Shown here: positions 14,750 through 29,599 of the stretch, in pieces
Numbering within the stretch: position 1 is the first letter of the stretch
Layout of the letters: every line of letters starts with the position of its first letter
Assembly: GCA_964016885.1 (NCBI GenBank)
Contig: CAXHJY010000915.1
Coordinates: 1 to 64,000 of the forward strand
DNA length: 64,000 bases
Origin: Eledone cirrhosa
Lineage: Eukaryota
Direction: 5' to 3'
Made by a program: the position numbers and the translations under genes
The notes under the pieces: generated by a model
What the model saw: the letters and a program-made list of their open reading frames with translations, nothing else
Told to the model about the DNA's origin: nothing
Databases searched by the model: none

Positions 14750-15583
14750 GATTTCTTTATCGCCGGTGGTTATGTAACCATACATTCACCAATCCTCGAT
14801 ATGAGTGTTTAAATGTCGAACCTAAACAGTTTGAATAATGGTGAAGAGGAGACTGGAACGTTATGTGACAGACTCTCACTCAGCAAGTGTTCCCTGGTCC
14901 AGCAGCAGGGACCTGGCTGTCATCCAAATACTGCTGGTGTTGGAGGAAGAAGAAGAAGGAAAGGGACAAGAACCAACTGGACGAAAGAATTGAATAGAAC
15001 TGTTATGCAATGTTACCTGAAGAGTAACCCCAAGGAGAAAGGCTATAGGGAACGGGTGCATAACATCTGGAACGAGATTGGTCTATTTAAATTAGATGAA
15101 CAAAAATTGGCCGGGAAGGCTCGGGTAATAGGAACTAATGGGTGGATAAGGGAGTTGGAACTGGAGGAACTGAACAGAGAGATTAGCTTGGAGATGGAGG
15201 GTGGAGTATGCCAGGCCAACGAGCCAGTGGGAAATGAAGGTGAAGAGGTTGAGAGAACGGAGGAACCATCCGAAGCAGACAATGATCTGAATGCTGACAT
15301 AAATAACATCTGGAACAAAGATACGGCCATTGAGGAGATGAATGCTGATGGACTAGGACAAGATTTGGTTGATATCCTGAACTTAGTGGTAGATAAAATG
15401 AACAATGGCAGTGGGAAACCTATGAACCTAAGATTTGTAGACAGTAAAAAGTTAAAAGAAACAACAGCTAAGGTAAACAAAGCCATCCCATACATTGAGG
15501 CGAGGAGCCTTCACCAATGCAACAATATCTTCAAAGCAACAGCAAATATGGTGAGGAAAAAATCTGTATTGTATTTTATCTGA
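14750..15583 (+). mobile_element. R4/Dong-like RLE retrotransposon 5' part (N-terminal ORF 14813-15583, 3'-truncated)
   Basis: WTKELNRTVMQCYLKSNPKEKGYRERVHNIW...EQKLAGKARVI...ELEELNREI resembles the N-terminal domain of R4/Dong/Rex6 ORFs; no RT follows. Confidence 0.7.
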
Positions 15584-15901
15584 TGAAAGCGCACCATAAT
15601 TTGCCTTGGTGGCCCTTGAAATATGTATAATAAAATAAATATGGTTTTATAAAAAAAAAAAAAAATAAATATGGTTTTATAAATATAGTTTCCATTTGTT
15701 AATATATTATATATATATATATATACAAACATATATATATATATATTTTGAGTAAATGTTGGTGTGTATATATATATATATGTATATGTTTGTGTATATA
15801 TATATGATCTTTGCCAATTTACAGATATCAATATCAAAAGTTATGTTTATATATCTATATTAAAAGTTAGGATTATATTTATATATGTGTGTATGTGTGT
15901 A

Positions 15902-15973
<72 letters not shown>

Positions 15974-16071
15974 TAGATAGATATAGATATATATATATAG
16001 ATATATATAGAGATATGTATATATAGATATGTATATATAGATATGTATATATAGATATGTATATATATATG

Positions 16072-16143
<72 letters not shown>

Positions 16144-16155
16144 TATATCAATATA

Positions 16156-16186
<31 letters not shown>

Positions 16187-16310
16187 GTATGTGTGCGTGT
16201 GTGTGTGTGTGTGTGCGGTTATATATATATACATATCTATACATGTATATATATATATATGCGGTTATATATATATACATATCTATACATGTATATATAT
16301 GTATGTGTGC

Positions 16311-16504
16311 ATGGCAGCCGTCTAACTCTTCAAAATACGATTTTTCCCACCTCCCACATATTCCTTACGATTTCACTCATCATTTCGCCATTTGCTACAC
16401 TTTACGACCGATTTTCAAGAAACTCGCAGTCGCTAAGATCAACACCTTTTCATCAAAGCAGATATTATATTACTTACCCAGGCAACGCTGGGTGCTGTTG
16501 CTAG
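16311..16504 (+). mobile_element. Non-autonomous Helitron 3' end
   Basis: Hairpin CCCAG-GCAACG-CTGGG, then CTAG|T; near-identical to 57880-58072. Confidence 0.8.
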
Positions 16505-17036
16505 TATATATATATATATAAATAAGTCTAAAGTCTATCTTAAGCTGCTTTCACCCTTAACGGAATCTTCTGAAAATAAAAAAATCAATCTGTCAACGCA
16601 GAAGTAAATATTTCGAAAAACATTGCAACCGAAGGAAGACAGGAAGACGATATTTTGGTTCGTGGAGACGTTCCTTGGCAAAGAACGGGAAAAAACGAAA
16701 ATAATACGTCATTATTTGGAGCGGTGAGAACAATTACACGCAAAGACAAAACCACGTTTATGGTATAAATGAAGTCGTAGACTAAAATTCTATTTAGGAA
16801 ACCTAATGATTCTCGGCTTCAGAGTTAAGAATAATGTAAATAAATTACAGAGGTTATTGAAATCAACAATAATTAAATATATACATGCACGCATCCATAT
16901 ACGTACATACACATGCAAACACCCGCCATGGGTATGCAAATACAGGCACGTACACAAACACGTGCACACATACAAAAACCCACGCAACGCCTGTACCCGC
17001 GCACATACGCACGTATACACCAAATACACATAAAAC

Positions 17037-17140
<104 letters not shown>

Positions 17141-17229
17141 TATACATATAATTATATAAACGTATATAAATATACACACATAAATGCGTATATAACGCGC
17201 GCGCACACATACCTACATGTAAATACACA

Positions 17230-17824
17230 TATGTTCGCCAAACTTACGTCAACCAAAACACTAAGTACACATATACACACACCCTACATACGTACGAACC
17301 TGGAAAATCAACTGACGCGTGCTCCCTCAGAGACTGCCCGATGCGCCATGCGAACTGTTGCCTACTCACATACGTCGTGTATAAGATAGAATGTAACAAG
17401 TGCAACCAATACTATATCGGTAGCACAATCCGGCCGTTGCACATCCGGATCAAGGAACACACTAAAAACAGGGCCTCGTCTTTCCGGAAACACATAGCCA
17501 AATGCGGAAACAAAGACGGAAGGCCCATTGTCACAATTCTAGCGACAGAAAGAAACGTCGGCACGTTACGTATCAAGGAAGCACTTTGGATCAAACGCCT
17601 AGGGCCACAATTAAACAACCGATCCGAGAGAAGCGAAATGAGGTGGTTGGTTTAAGTTAACAAACGATGCAGCAACACGCGCACACACACAAGCGAGACA
17701 GCAACACACGCACACACACAGTAGCATTCCACCATACGAACATACTACACTGCCAATACAGAGGAACAAGGCAACAACACACGCACACACACACACACAC
17801 ACACACTCAAGCGAGACATCAACG

Positions 17825-17860
<36 letters not shown>

Positions 17861-18330
17861 CATTCACCAAACAGGCAAAGAATGGACTGACAGCTAGCGC
17901 CACCCCACTCCCACAATTGAAAGAACTACTTCGATCGCTGACCTCTGCCTGACCGACCCCATTTCACGCGCACGCGCGCTCTGCTGAATATCTCAGATAT
18001 TCAAAACAACGAACAGCGGAGGACACGTTTCGCACCTTTCCGACAGGCACCCCCCGCCCCCTCGGAAAAAAACCCAGTTGATGGATGTGAATCCGAAATA
18101 TATAGGGACAATTAAATCTCTCTCCCAAGGTAACTCTTTCTCGTGTTGTTATTTTTATTTTTATCCTTTACGCTCATTCCTTCATTCCTCTACACATTAC
18201 AGTCTTATACACGCCACGCATCTCAACGTACACCCACTTACATCTCTCTCTCCACCACCGGATCTTGTTACCCGGAGATTTACCCATCTGCATTGTCGAG
18301 GCTTCCAAACGACTTAAAGAAATTTACCAT
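17230..18330 (+). mobile_element. Penelope-like element 3' part: GIY-YIG endonuclease plus pLTR
   Basis: VVYKIECNKCNQYYIGSTIRPLHIRIKEH...FRKH...LRIKEALWIKRLGPQLN (stop at 17655); degenerate hammerhead-like motif near 18073-18108 (GGAT-gtga-ATCC-GAAATATA). Confidence 0.85.
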
Positions 18331-18831
18331 ATATACATACATACATACATACATACATACATACATACATACATACATACATACATACATGTGTGTGTAT
18401 ATATATCTATAGGAAAAGGTTCAGGACCCTGGCGCAGAGCTCAAGCTGTTTCGAAGGCTATTTCTGGACTAAATTAGATTTTTAGCGTGGTAATAAATAG
18501 CCGAACTTTTCAAGGGGTAATTCAATATATGGGCATGTGATAATCAAGCATTTTTGAAGGTTGTAGTTGTCAAAATGCCACTACACTTTCGGGCCACATC
18601 TGGGACTTCCAAGATAATAACATCACATACAAACTTACTTGGAGCTTACTTTCCAGGGTTAACTCACTCCTACACAGGAGGACGCTGTCCGTATAACTTA
18701 TGCTCGGAGGAAACAATACAAATGCTGTGTGTGAGTATATCTAATTTGTGTTTTCACATATCTGTTTGTCTTGTTTATTCTTGAACTATATATATCCATT
18801 TATCTATCTCTGTCTGTCTATCTGTCTCTCT

Positions 18832-18908
<77 letters not shown>

Positions 18909-19856
18909 GCTACAGGAAAATGAAATAGAATTTCTTAAATTAGATTTTGAAATTTGTAAATTATAAACATGCCCTCCAGGAATAGTGATTATATTACTAC
19001 ACATATACACACATGTATACATACATACATACATACATACTTACATATACACATATATGCATACATATGTTCACACATACATACATATGTACACACATAC
19101 CTACACATATACATACATACATATATATATATGTACACATGTACACACACTCATATACATATATATATACATATGTAGACACATACCTACACATGCACAT
19201 ACATACGGACACATGTACACACACTTACACATATATACATACACACATACATATGTACATACATAGACATGTAAACGCATATACGCCCACGTTCGCACTT
19301 CATGACACACACACACACACACATGTATGTATACATACACACACACATATACACAAATATGAACACACATATATACAGTGACACATGTACAAATATGAAC
19401 ACACATATACATACTGTGACACTTACGCTTACATACACAGGTACACACTGACACCCTCACACACACACTGACATACACACATACATACAGTGCTTCACAG
19501 TTACCCATACACACACAAAATGGCATACACTCACACACATACACACACTGACACACACACACATACACACACACATACACTCACTGACACACATAAACAC
19601 ATACATACACACAGTGACGCTCACACACACAAGCTAACATTCTCAGATACACACACATACACACACTGGCACAAACACACACACGCATACATACACTGAC
19701 ATACATATATTGACACACATAAACACATACATACACACAGTGACGCTCACACACACAAGCTAACATACTCAGATACACACACTGGCACAAACACACACAC
19801 ACATACATATACTGACATACACGCCGACACACACACACACACAACAAATACACACA

Positions 19857-20340
19857 TTCTCAGCAGGATTTAACCTCAGAACGTAAAGGGCTGCAAAACA
19901 TATTGTCCGATGCTCTACCGCTCCTGCTAATACATATTATTGGTTTCTGATATGGGCACAAGGCCAACAGTTTTGGGGTAGGGGAAAGTCTGATTAAATC
20001 AACCCAGTGCATTACTGGTACTTTATTTTATCGACCCCTTAAGGACGAAAGGCAAAGGTAACCGCGGCGGGATTTGAACTCAGAAAGTAAAGGGACGTAA
20101 CTCTATGCCACAAAGCAACTTGTCCGACGCTCTACCGATTTTGCCAATCCATCACTTTTTTAATAATCAATAATGGTTTCCGATTTAGGCACAAGGCCAA
20201 CCGTGTTGGGGGAAGGAGACAAGTTGATTAAATCGACTATAGTGTATTACTGGTACTTTATTTAATTGATCTCGTAAGGATGAAAGGTTAAGCTAGCCTC
20301 AACGGGATTTGATCTGAGAACGTAAAGGGACGTAACTGCA
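19857..20340 (-). mobile_element. Tandem Meta-domain SINE copies
   Basis: Reverse complement of TTTGCCTTTCATCCTTACGGGGTCGATAAAATAAAGTACCAG (Meta domain) with a tRNA-like head, repeated 2-3 times. Confidence 0.8.
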
Positions 20341-20424
20341 TGGCCTACTGAGAACCGCTGCCATATGTGATGCGCAGTGCCAAAGTGCCAAAGTTGAAAA
20401 GGAAGAGTAGCCTCCCCTGAAACA

Positions 20425-20561
20425 ATAGAGACGCATGCGCAATAGACATATTATCTGTTTGCGCCTTCATACAATACTGTTGGGATTTTTTTTTTAAATT
20501 AATATTTCTCTATTACCAGACATTGTTACAAGAATATCTTTTAGAAAACATTTCCGTAAGT
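20425..20561 (+). promoter_or_regulatory. Putative promoter and non-coding exon 1 of ZNF gene 1
   Basis: NRF1-like ACGCATGCGCA at 20431; donor GTAAGT at 20556; acceptor TTATTTCAG at 23648; the same layout recurs in gene 2. Confidence 0.55.
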
Positions 20562-20678
20562 ATCAAACATCGAAAATATCCAATAATGAAAGTATTCTGA
20601 TATTTTGATGTGATAATGCCTATATTTCATTAGTTTTACTTTGATAATGAAAGTAATTTTACCACATGTCAAATTTTC

Positions 20679-22800
20679 GAATAGGCTATGTAGCCGGTAA
20701 ACCTTTAAGGGGCGCAACACACATCGCTATAACGTTTCACCAGCCCCTTCCTTCCTCAAGCATTCATAGATGTGTGTGTATGTAATAATTATTTTGTATA
20801 ATGTGTCTATTTATGAATATGTATGAGTAGATGTATGTGTAGGTTTGCACTTCTGTTGTCTATCTGTTTATATATTTACATGTAGATGTGTGTGTATGTG
20901 TAGGTTTGCACTTCTGTTGACTGTATCTGTTTATATATTTACATGTAGATGTGTGTGTATGTGTAGGTTTGCACTTCTGTTGTCTATCTGTTTATATATT
21001 TACATGTAGATGTGTGTGTATGTGTAGGTTTGCACTTCTGTTGACTGTATCTGTATATATATTTACATGTAGATGTGTGTGTATGTGTAGGTTTGCACTG
21101 TTGACTATCTGTTTATATATTTACATGTAGATGTGTGTGTATGTGTAGGTTTGCACTTCTGTTGTCTATCTGTTTATATATTTACATGTAGATGTGTGTG
21201 TATGTGTAGGTTTGCACTTCTGTTGTCTATCTGTTTATATATTTACATGTAGATGTGTGTGTATGTGTAGGTTTGCACTTCTGTTGTCTATCTGTTTATA
21301 TATTTACATGTAGATGTGTGTGTATGTGTAGGTTTGCACTTCTGTTGTCTATCTGTTTATATATTTACATGTAGATGTGTGTGTATGTGTAGGTTTGCAC
21401 TTCTGTTGTCTATCTGTTTATATATTTACATGTAGATGTGTGTGTATGTGTAGGTTTGCACTTCTGTTGTCTATCTGTTTATATATTTACATGTAGATGT
21501 GTGTGTATGTGTAGGTTTGCACTTCTGTTGACTGTATCTGTATATATATTTACATGTAGATGTGTGTGTATGTGTAGGTTTGCACTGTTGACTGTATCTG
21601 TATATATATTTACATGTAGATGTGTGTGTATGTGTAGGTTTGCACTTCTGTTGACTGTATCTGTATATATATTTACATGTAGATGTGTGTGTATGTGTAG
21701 GTTTGCACTGTTGACTGTATCTGTATATATATTTACATGTAGATGTGTGTGTATGTGTAGGTTTGCACTTCTGTTGTCTATCTGTTTATATATTTACATG
21801 TAGATGTGTGTGTATGTGTAGGTTTGCACTTCTGTTGTCTATCTGTTTATATATTTACATGTAGATGTGTGTGTATGTGTAGGTTTGCACTTCTGTTGTC
21901 TATCTGTTTATATATTTACATGTAGATGTGTGTGTATGTGTAGGTTTGCACTTCTGTTGTCTATCTGTTTATATATTTACATGTAGATGTGTGTGTATGT
22001 GTAGGTTTGCACTTCTGTTGACTGTATCTGTTTATATATTTACATGTAGATGTGTGTGTATGTGTAGGTTTGCACTTCTGTTGTCTATCTGTTTATATAT
22101 TTACATGTAGATGTGTGTGTATGTGTAGGTTTGCACTTCTGTTGACTGTATCTGTTTATATATTTACATGTAGATGTGTGTGTATGTGTAGGTTTGCACT
22201 TCTGTTGACTGTATCTGTTTATATATTTACATGTAGATGTGTGTGTATGTGTAGGTTTGCACTTCTGTTGTCTATCTGTTTATATATTTACATGTAGTGT
22301 GTGTATCTAATTAAAGTGCAACGTACGTTACAAATGGACGACTAAATGATTTTAACTTGTTTTTAATAATTGATGGTGGAAAAGATTTCAAAGTGTCTTA
22401 ACTCAGACCGTAAAAGGCAGCAACTCAGGGTGTCCGACACGGTTACCGGCTACATAGCCTGGGAGTCTATTTTACCTGGATCGGCTACATAGCCTCTTCC
22501 CAATATTTTTCTTTCGTATACTTCATTAAAATGTTAATGTATTTTTTGTAATTTACTTTTGAAGAGGCTATGTAGCCGGTAACAGGTCAGACACCCTGAG
22601 TTGCAACCTTGTACGGTCTGAGTTAAGATAATTTGAAATCTTTTCCACCATCAATTGTTAAAAAAACAGGTTAAAATCATTTAGTCGTCCATTCGTACGT
22701 TACGCTTTAGTTACATACACACACATCTACGGGGCTGGTGAAACGCTATAACGATGTGTGTTGCGTCCCTTTAGGGTTTACCGGCTATATAGCCTATTCG
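20679..22800. mobile_element. Fold-back non-autonomous DNA element with long modular TIRs
   Basis: Termini CGAATAGGCTATGTAGCCGGTAAACC and GGTTTACCGGCTATATAGCCTATTCG; inner arms 22295-22460 vs 22563-22730 are also inverted. Confidence 0.8.
20830..22300. repeat. 61-bp minisatellite, about 24 units, inside the left arm of the fold-back element
   Basis: Unit GTAGATGTGTGTGTATGTGTAGGTTTGCACTTCTGTTGTCTATCTGTTTATATATTTACAT with small length variants. Confidence 0.95.
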
Positions 22801-22989
22801 ATTTACTTTGTTGAAATTATTTATTAAATATCAAATTAAAATGTGTTCTATGTTATAGTTTACGTCGTTGTAAATATTTATTTGGTACACTTTGTGGGCA
22901 CAAAGCTGTATTAACATACCTGTTATATTTATTAGAATGCTGTTGAAGTGTGTATATATTTTTTATATACACACTTCAATATCTGGTAC

Positions 22990-23340
22990 ATGACATGTAG
23001 CTTCACAATCTTCCCATTCCATGGTGGTCAACCCCTTAACTGGAACACAACATGTAGTGACACTTTGACCCATGGTATCCTGGTGCATTCGGTAACAGAC
23101 CCGGGTTTCATTGCCAGACAAGATAAAGATTGCAAGCTGTTGAAATAACCACTTCCCAATAAGTTTGTTGTCAAATCTATAGCTGTGAAGACTTTTGGTG
23201 TTCTGGGTCCCTGTACCACCTCCCTTACACACTGCTATCAGGGTGGAGTTGACCACCTGCAGAAGTGAACCCCATGAAATGAACTGGCTTCTTGTCAGAT
23301 ATATAGTAGTGGAGACTTCTGGTATTCTGAGTCCCCGCTA
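22990..23340 (+). mobile_element. CRE-like retrotransposon RLE-domain relic
   Basis: TIFPFHGGQPLNWNTTCSDT...KLLK*...AVKTFGVLGP; homologous to 29600-29990. Confidence 0.65.
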
Positions 23341-23858
23341 TTGCTAGTATTCATTTTCATATGAGTATACTGGAAATGAAGTGTTTTGCTCAAGAACACA
23401 ACACGCAACCCAGCCCAGGAATTGAACCCACAACATTAAGGTTTAAGTCCAACACCCTTACCACTAGGCCATGTGCCTCCACATATTATTACAGACTTAC
23501 AACAAATATGTCAACCTTTTTTGATGTAAACAGTAAAACTGTGTTATACTTTTTTACTAAACCACGAAAGAAAATATTTCCCTGTTAGAAGATTTCCAAT
23601 GTTTTATCAACTTACATATTTTACACTGTTATTTCTTTATTATTTCAGAATATCAGACGACATTAGCATCAAAGAATATTTTACATCAGATATATCATTA
23701 ATATTTATCATCCTGCAAAGACTAAAGGAAAATATCACACAGAACAGTTTATATAAATATATAGTGGATCGCTGTGAAATATTTCTTCTGAACTGAGATT
23801 AATATTTCTCTTCTTCATTGTCTGGAATATCTACAAGATGATTTTGTACTTTCTTTAA

Positions 23859-24071
23859 CCCTTTAGCATTGACATTTTTCTATATATACTGTTGCATTTT
23901 AATAGCAAAGGCTTTATTTCATATAATATCGAATCTACGAGATTTTGATATTATTATTTTTTTTTTTAGAAAAATACCTTAACATCAGTATGAGTAGCCA
24001 ATTATGGCCAGTTTAAACAGAAAGAGGTGAAAGAATTCTGGTTGGATACAGTTGGTTTAAATGCTAAAGGG
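23859..24071. mobile_element. piggyBac-type MITE
   Basis: TTAA|CCCTTTAGCATT...AATGCTAAAGGG|TTAA; further copies at 39128-39322, 33482-33620 (partial) and 39666 (end only). Confidence 0.85.
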
Positions 24072-24504
24072 TTAAAACTACATTATTAAATAATTTGCAA
24101 CATCTTCAAATATCAACTAAGATTACTGTTGGTGGAAATAAAGCAATAGAAATATTTGTTACATATAACATTTTTTCACGCTCAGAGTTGCTGAAGCATG
24201 GAACAAACTACCTGCATCCGTTGTTAGCTGTTGGGACACTGCATCCTTCAAAACTTCCATGCTTCCCAAAATTCACCAACACTACACCTGATATTCCTCC
24301 TCCGTACACACACACACACACTCACGCACTTATCTGTGTGTATATCATGACTCATACACTGTTCAATTTCCTGACGTTTGTACATCATTCTATGTACTAT
24401 ACATACACCTTTGATGAGTTGTAGTGCACCTGAGCACTGTACACAATAATTTTCATTATTATTATTATTAAACAGAAAGAAAAAACATTTGTATATTGTG
24501 TTGA

Positions 24505-25434
<930 letters not shown>

Positions 25435-25596
25435 CTCTATCTATGTCAGCATTCTCCTTATTGTGAATAAAGTACATCAAACTTAAAACTTAATTGATGT
25501 TGATCAAATAAAATTATTTCCTAATAATTTAGGAAATAAAAGTATTTCCTAATAATTTTATGAATATTGGTATTTCCTGTGCAGTATTTTTATTTA

Positions 25597-25834
25597 CTAG
25601 AATTTTTTTCAATACGCTCACGCGTGTATGAGTATATTGTATGCACCTACACACAGACACACTTACAAAAATACACACTCACAGACATACATTCACACAA
25701 ACACACACATACATTCACACACAAGTGTAGTGAATGTTAAGTGCTGTTTTCTGTAGTTTGTCATCACCCCTTCCATCCTCAGTGATCTCTAGTGATTGAC
25801 AGATGGACAGAAGTCACTCAAATTTATATATAGA
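25597..25834 (-). mobile_element. Short Helitron-like element
   Basis: - strand starts A|TCTATATATAAA and ends CTAG|T. Confidence 0.5.
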
Positions 25835-25939
25835 TGTTCAACAAGTGTACCACATAGGAAAGTTTCAGTATCCCTATCAACATTAATACTTTCTTATGCT
25901 AGGGGTAAGTGGACTGCTTACATTCTTTAACAATGCCAT

Positions 25940-26783
25940 AACAAAAGCACCCAGTCCACCCTGTAAGGTGGTAGTGATGGTGATGACAAAAATCGGCCAT
26001 TCCACACTGTACAGTGGTTGTGTTGGTGACACGACAAAATGCACCCAGTCCACACGGTAAGGTGGTTGTATTGGTGACACGACAAAATGCACCCAGCCCA
26101 CACTGTAAGGTGGTCATATTGGTGACACAACAAAAAGCGCCCAGTTTCCCTGTAAGGTGGTAGTTTCGGTGCCATGATGAAAAGCACCCAGTCCACACTG
26201 CAACATGTTTGGTGTTAGGAAGGGCAAACCAAGCCAAAATACAGATCTGTGTGAGCAAGACATGGCCTCCAGACCTAACTTTTCTCATAATGTGACAAAA
26301 TGTGTAACCCATGCAAGCGTGAAAAATGGACGTTAAATGGTGATGATGATGGAGGTGGTAGTGATGGTGATGGAGGTGGTGGTGGTGGCAGTGATGATGA
26401 TGGTGGTGGTGGTTTATCCAATTGATTTTTACCCTTTGATTAACAGTAGATCTTGTAATTTTATCAACATCAGTCGTTTACAATATTTTAAAATTTATTA
26501 GATTCATCTCAGACCGAGTGATGTGTTGTTTCCTTGAGCAAGACACTTTATTTCACATTGCTCCAGTTTACTCAGCTTCAGAAATGAGATCCCTATCAGA
26601 AATGGGGTCCCTATCATTCCACTGCAAAGTGGTCGTGGAGGTGCCATGGAAAAAAAGCACCCAGAACTCACTGTAAATGAGGTTGGTGTTAGGAAGGACA
26701 TCCAGCTGTAGAAATCAAGCCAAAATCAGTTCCCGTCCCACCCTTGCAAGCAGGGAAAAGTGGACGTAAAATGATGATGATGA
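25940..26783 (+). mobile_element. RTE-tailed SINE cluster with about 45-bp internal repeats
   Basis: Repeated AAAAGCACCCAGTCCACACTGTAAGGTGG units; CORE-like SINE at 26505-26783 ending in (TGA)n. Confidence 0.7.
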
Positions 26784-27019
26784 ACTAGAGGGGAAAAAAG
26801 ATTTTACATGTTACACTGTATTTACCATGCCCCACTTATTCCTGGGAGGGTGATGGGGCAGAGCTCTCAAACATATTTTCCAGTGGGTTCTGTCAGAAGC
26901 AACTGTCTCCAGTTGATTTGGCAGATCCCCAATCGAGACCAGCCAAACTCATGGATGTTATTAAAAAATCTTGTTCAGGCTCTCTTCTTTGCCCATTTAT
27001 TCCTGGGAATCACAACTTG

Positions 27020-27518
27020 AAAAAGGAAACTACTCTCATTTTCCAAGTCTCCAAAATCACAAGAGAGATATAATACCAGACATCTTTGTGAGCTCTATTA
27101 AGGATTTGAGAAGCGAGTTTTCCTGACTTCCGGCAATATGGAATTCTATTTAAGATATTTGGTACGCCTTACGAAACAGATGTGGAGCAAGTGGCAGAAG
27201 AATATCAGTTGGAGTTAATTGACTTCCAGTGCGACGAATCTTTGAAATCGAAATTTCAGTTCGAATCCACTGCTGACTTCTACAAGAAATATATATTGCC
27301 AAGCGGAAAATATAAAAACATCTTGACTAATGCGAAACTAATGATATCATTATTTGGAAGTACATATGCTTGTGAACAACTTTTTTCCAAAATGAAATAT
27401 ACTAAAAGTCATTTAAGAACAAGGTTGCGTGACGACCACCTGGATGATGTCATCGACAAATATTTCACCTGATGTGGAGAAGATATCGCCCAATAAGCAG
27501 AAACAAGTGTCTCATTAA
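27020..27518 (+). mobile_element. hAT (Charlie/GTF2IRD2-like) transposase C-terminal relic
   Basis: QLELIDFQCD...LFGSTYACEQLFSKMKYTKSHLRTRLRDDHL fits the hAT dimerisation domain. Confidence 0.88.
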
Positions 27519-27524
27519 ATCATT

Positions 27525-27856
27525 TACAGTCTGAGTTCAAATCCCGCCGAGGTTAACTTTGCCTTTCATCCTTACGGGGTCGATAAAATAAAGTACCAGT
27601 AATGTACTGGGTAATTTGCTGGCCTTGTGCCTAAAGTAGAAACAATTATTATATATATTAAAGTGGGCGGTGGATTGGCAGAATTGGTAGAGGGTTGGAC
27701 ATGCTTTCCAGCATAGTTATGTCCCTTTACGATCTGAGTTCAAATCCCGCCAAGGTTAACTTTGCCTTTCATCCTTACGGGGTCGATAAAATAAAGTACC
27801 AGTAATGCACTGGGTAATTGCTGGCCTTGTGCCTAAAGTAGAAACAATTATTATAT
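27525..27856 (+). mobile_element. Two Meta-domain SINEs (one truncated, one full)
   Basis: TGGCAGAATTGG A box, GAGTTCAAATCC B box, Meta domain, AGAAACAATTATT end. Other copies at 32625-32750, 35480-35640, 36053-36186, 44130-44290 (-), 52180-52370 (-) and 58432-58708 (-). Confidence 0.85.
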
Positions 27857-27929
27857 ATATTAAGGGATGAGAATAGAGTGAAAGTAATGGTGATTCCGTA
27901 AGAGTTGACTCCCTTTAATAAATGTATCA

Positions 27930-28062
27930 AATAGATACGCATGCGCTGTTCATACAATTTCCGTCTAGTAGCCATTTTTGTTCGCTTTGTCAGTAATATT
28001 TCCTCATCACTAAACACATTTATTTAAAATAATATCCCATATAGAAGAGTATTCTGGTAAGT
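27930..28062 (+). promoter_or_regulatory. Putative promoter and non-coding exon 1 of ZNF gene 2
   Basis: NRF1-like ACGCATGCGC at 27937, YY1-like GCCATTTT at 27971, donor GTAAGT at 28057; acceptor TTGTTTCAG at 30513 is homologous to the gene 1 acceptor. Confidence 0.6.
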
Positions 28063-28367
28063 ATTTATATCTGAAACTATTCAATCCTTTAGTATTGTAG
28101 ACTTTCGTTTATCAATAGTCGCTTCTTTATGTCGGCCGCCTGTGGTTTTTACATGACAGGAACTCTGTTATCGAAACCAAGCCGCTATCTGTAGAAGTGG
28201 TTCTCTTAAACCCTTTTTTACTTATTATGACTACAGTCCCCACTTTTAAAGGATATATTTCATCGATCAACCACAGCCCCACCATAACTGGATAAAAAGT
28301 GATGCATTACAAATTAAATATTAATATTTAAAAAAAAATTGAATTAGAATCTTTCGTCGCATATATA

Positions 28368-28594
28368 CAAGATGTCCCCCAAAAATGTATACATACTTCA
28401 CCGGGGGAAAAAATGCATTAAGATAAATTCTGTTTTATATGCATTATTTAAATTATGTAAACATTTCTGGGTGTTTACATACAATTGAATTATGTCTGTA
28501 GATCATTTTATTTTTTGGAAAGGCTATGCATTGTAATAAATATTGCTTGTACAGGTAAACAAAGTGTGTATATATTTTTGGGGGAGACCCTCTG
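28368..28594. mobile_element. Tc1/mariner-type MITE
   Basis: TA|CAAGATGTCCCCCAAAAATGTATACA...TGTATATATTTTTGGGGGAGACCCTCTG|TA, imperfect TIRs. Confidence 0.65.
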
Positions 28595-28787
28595 TATATA
28601 TATATATATATGTTTTACTAGAGAAAATATTCAAATAGCAGCCAAAAGATCCCTAAACAGGGAAAATAGAAAAATAGGCATTATTTGTTGTATGAACAAA
28701 AACATCTTAGGCATCTAAAATTTATTTGAGTTATTGATGTGAATTATGAAGACGGTGTGATGAGGATTTTTTTGTTTGTTTGTTTTT

Positions 28788-29050
28788 GGAAGAGGCTATG
28801 TAGCCGGTAAGAGTGTCAGATACCATGAGTTGCGGCCCGATTTAAGACACTTTGAAGTCTTTTCCCCCATCAATTGTTAAAAAACAAGTTAAAATCATTT
28901 AGTCGTCCATTCGTAACGAACGTTATGCTTTAGTTACATACACACACATCTACATAAACAGATACAGACAACAGTAGGAAGTGGTTGGTGAAACGCTATA
29001 GCGATATGTGTTGCGTCCCTTTATGGTTTACCGGCTACATAGCCTATTCG
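28788..29050. mobile_element. Right-arm module of the fold-back element
   Basis: Colinear with 22561-22800; ends GCCTATTCG. Confidence 0.8.
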
Positions 29051-29599
29051 ATAAAATTATCGCAGCATACATATGGGACATCACTTTATTTATTTCCCAC
29101 CTATCTACATTTATATATGTAAATTCGGAGTGATTTATTACTAAAAGAATATGTTAAAAATTATATCATGTTTGATTAAAGAAAATTAATGCAATTGATT
29201 TAAATGAATTTTTTTTTGGAGAGTATCGTCTATATAAAACACCAATGCAGACCTGTCATCTCCCAGTCTGATGGGATCTCCCACCCACATTGGGGTGGGT
29301 GGGAGATGTTTTCTCTTGTGAAAATGTATGTTACTTTCATTATGTAAAATCTTCCCGTTTTGGGGCACTTATTTTCACGGTACTCCCCGTTTGGGTTTTT
29401 AGAGGTTAGCAGGTCTGCCAATATTATATAAAATAGATCTTGAAGAGTTTTAAAATAAGGTATAATTCTTTTTTGTTTTGTCAGCATGAATATTCGTAAG
29501 TCCTTTTTTATCTTGTAGAATGCAATTTGTTTCTTTTAAAGTGTATATATTTATATACAACCCTTCCATCATAATTTTATGTAAGAACCTTTGTTAAGC

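Noticed and set aside
20830-22300. CRISPR-like appearance of the tandem arrays (also 34130, 40735, 46849, 52325, 58940)
   Set aside because: Head-to-tail repeats without unique spacers, no cas genes, eukaryotic context.
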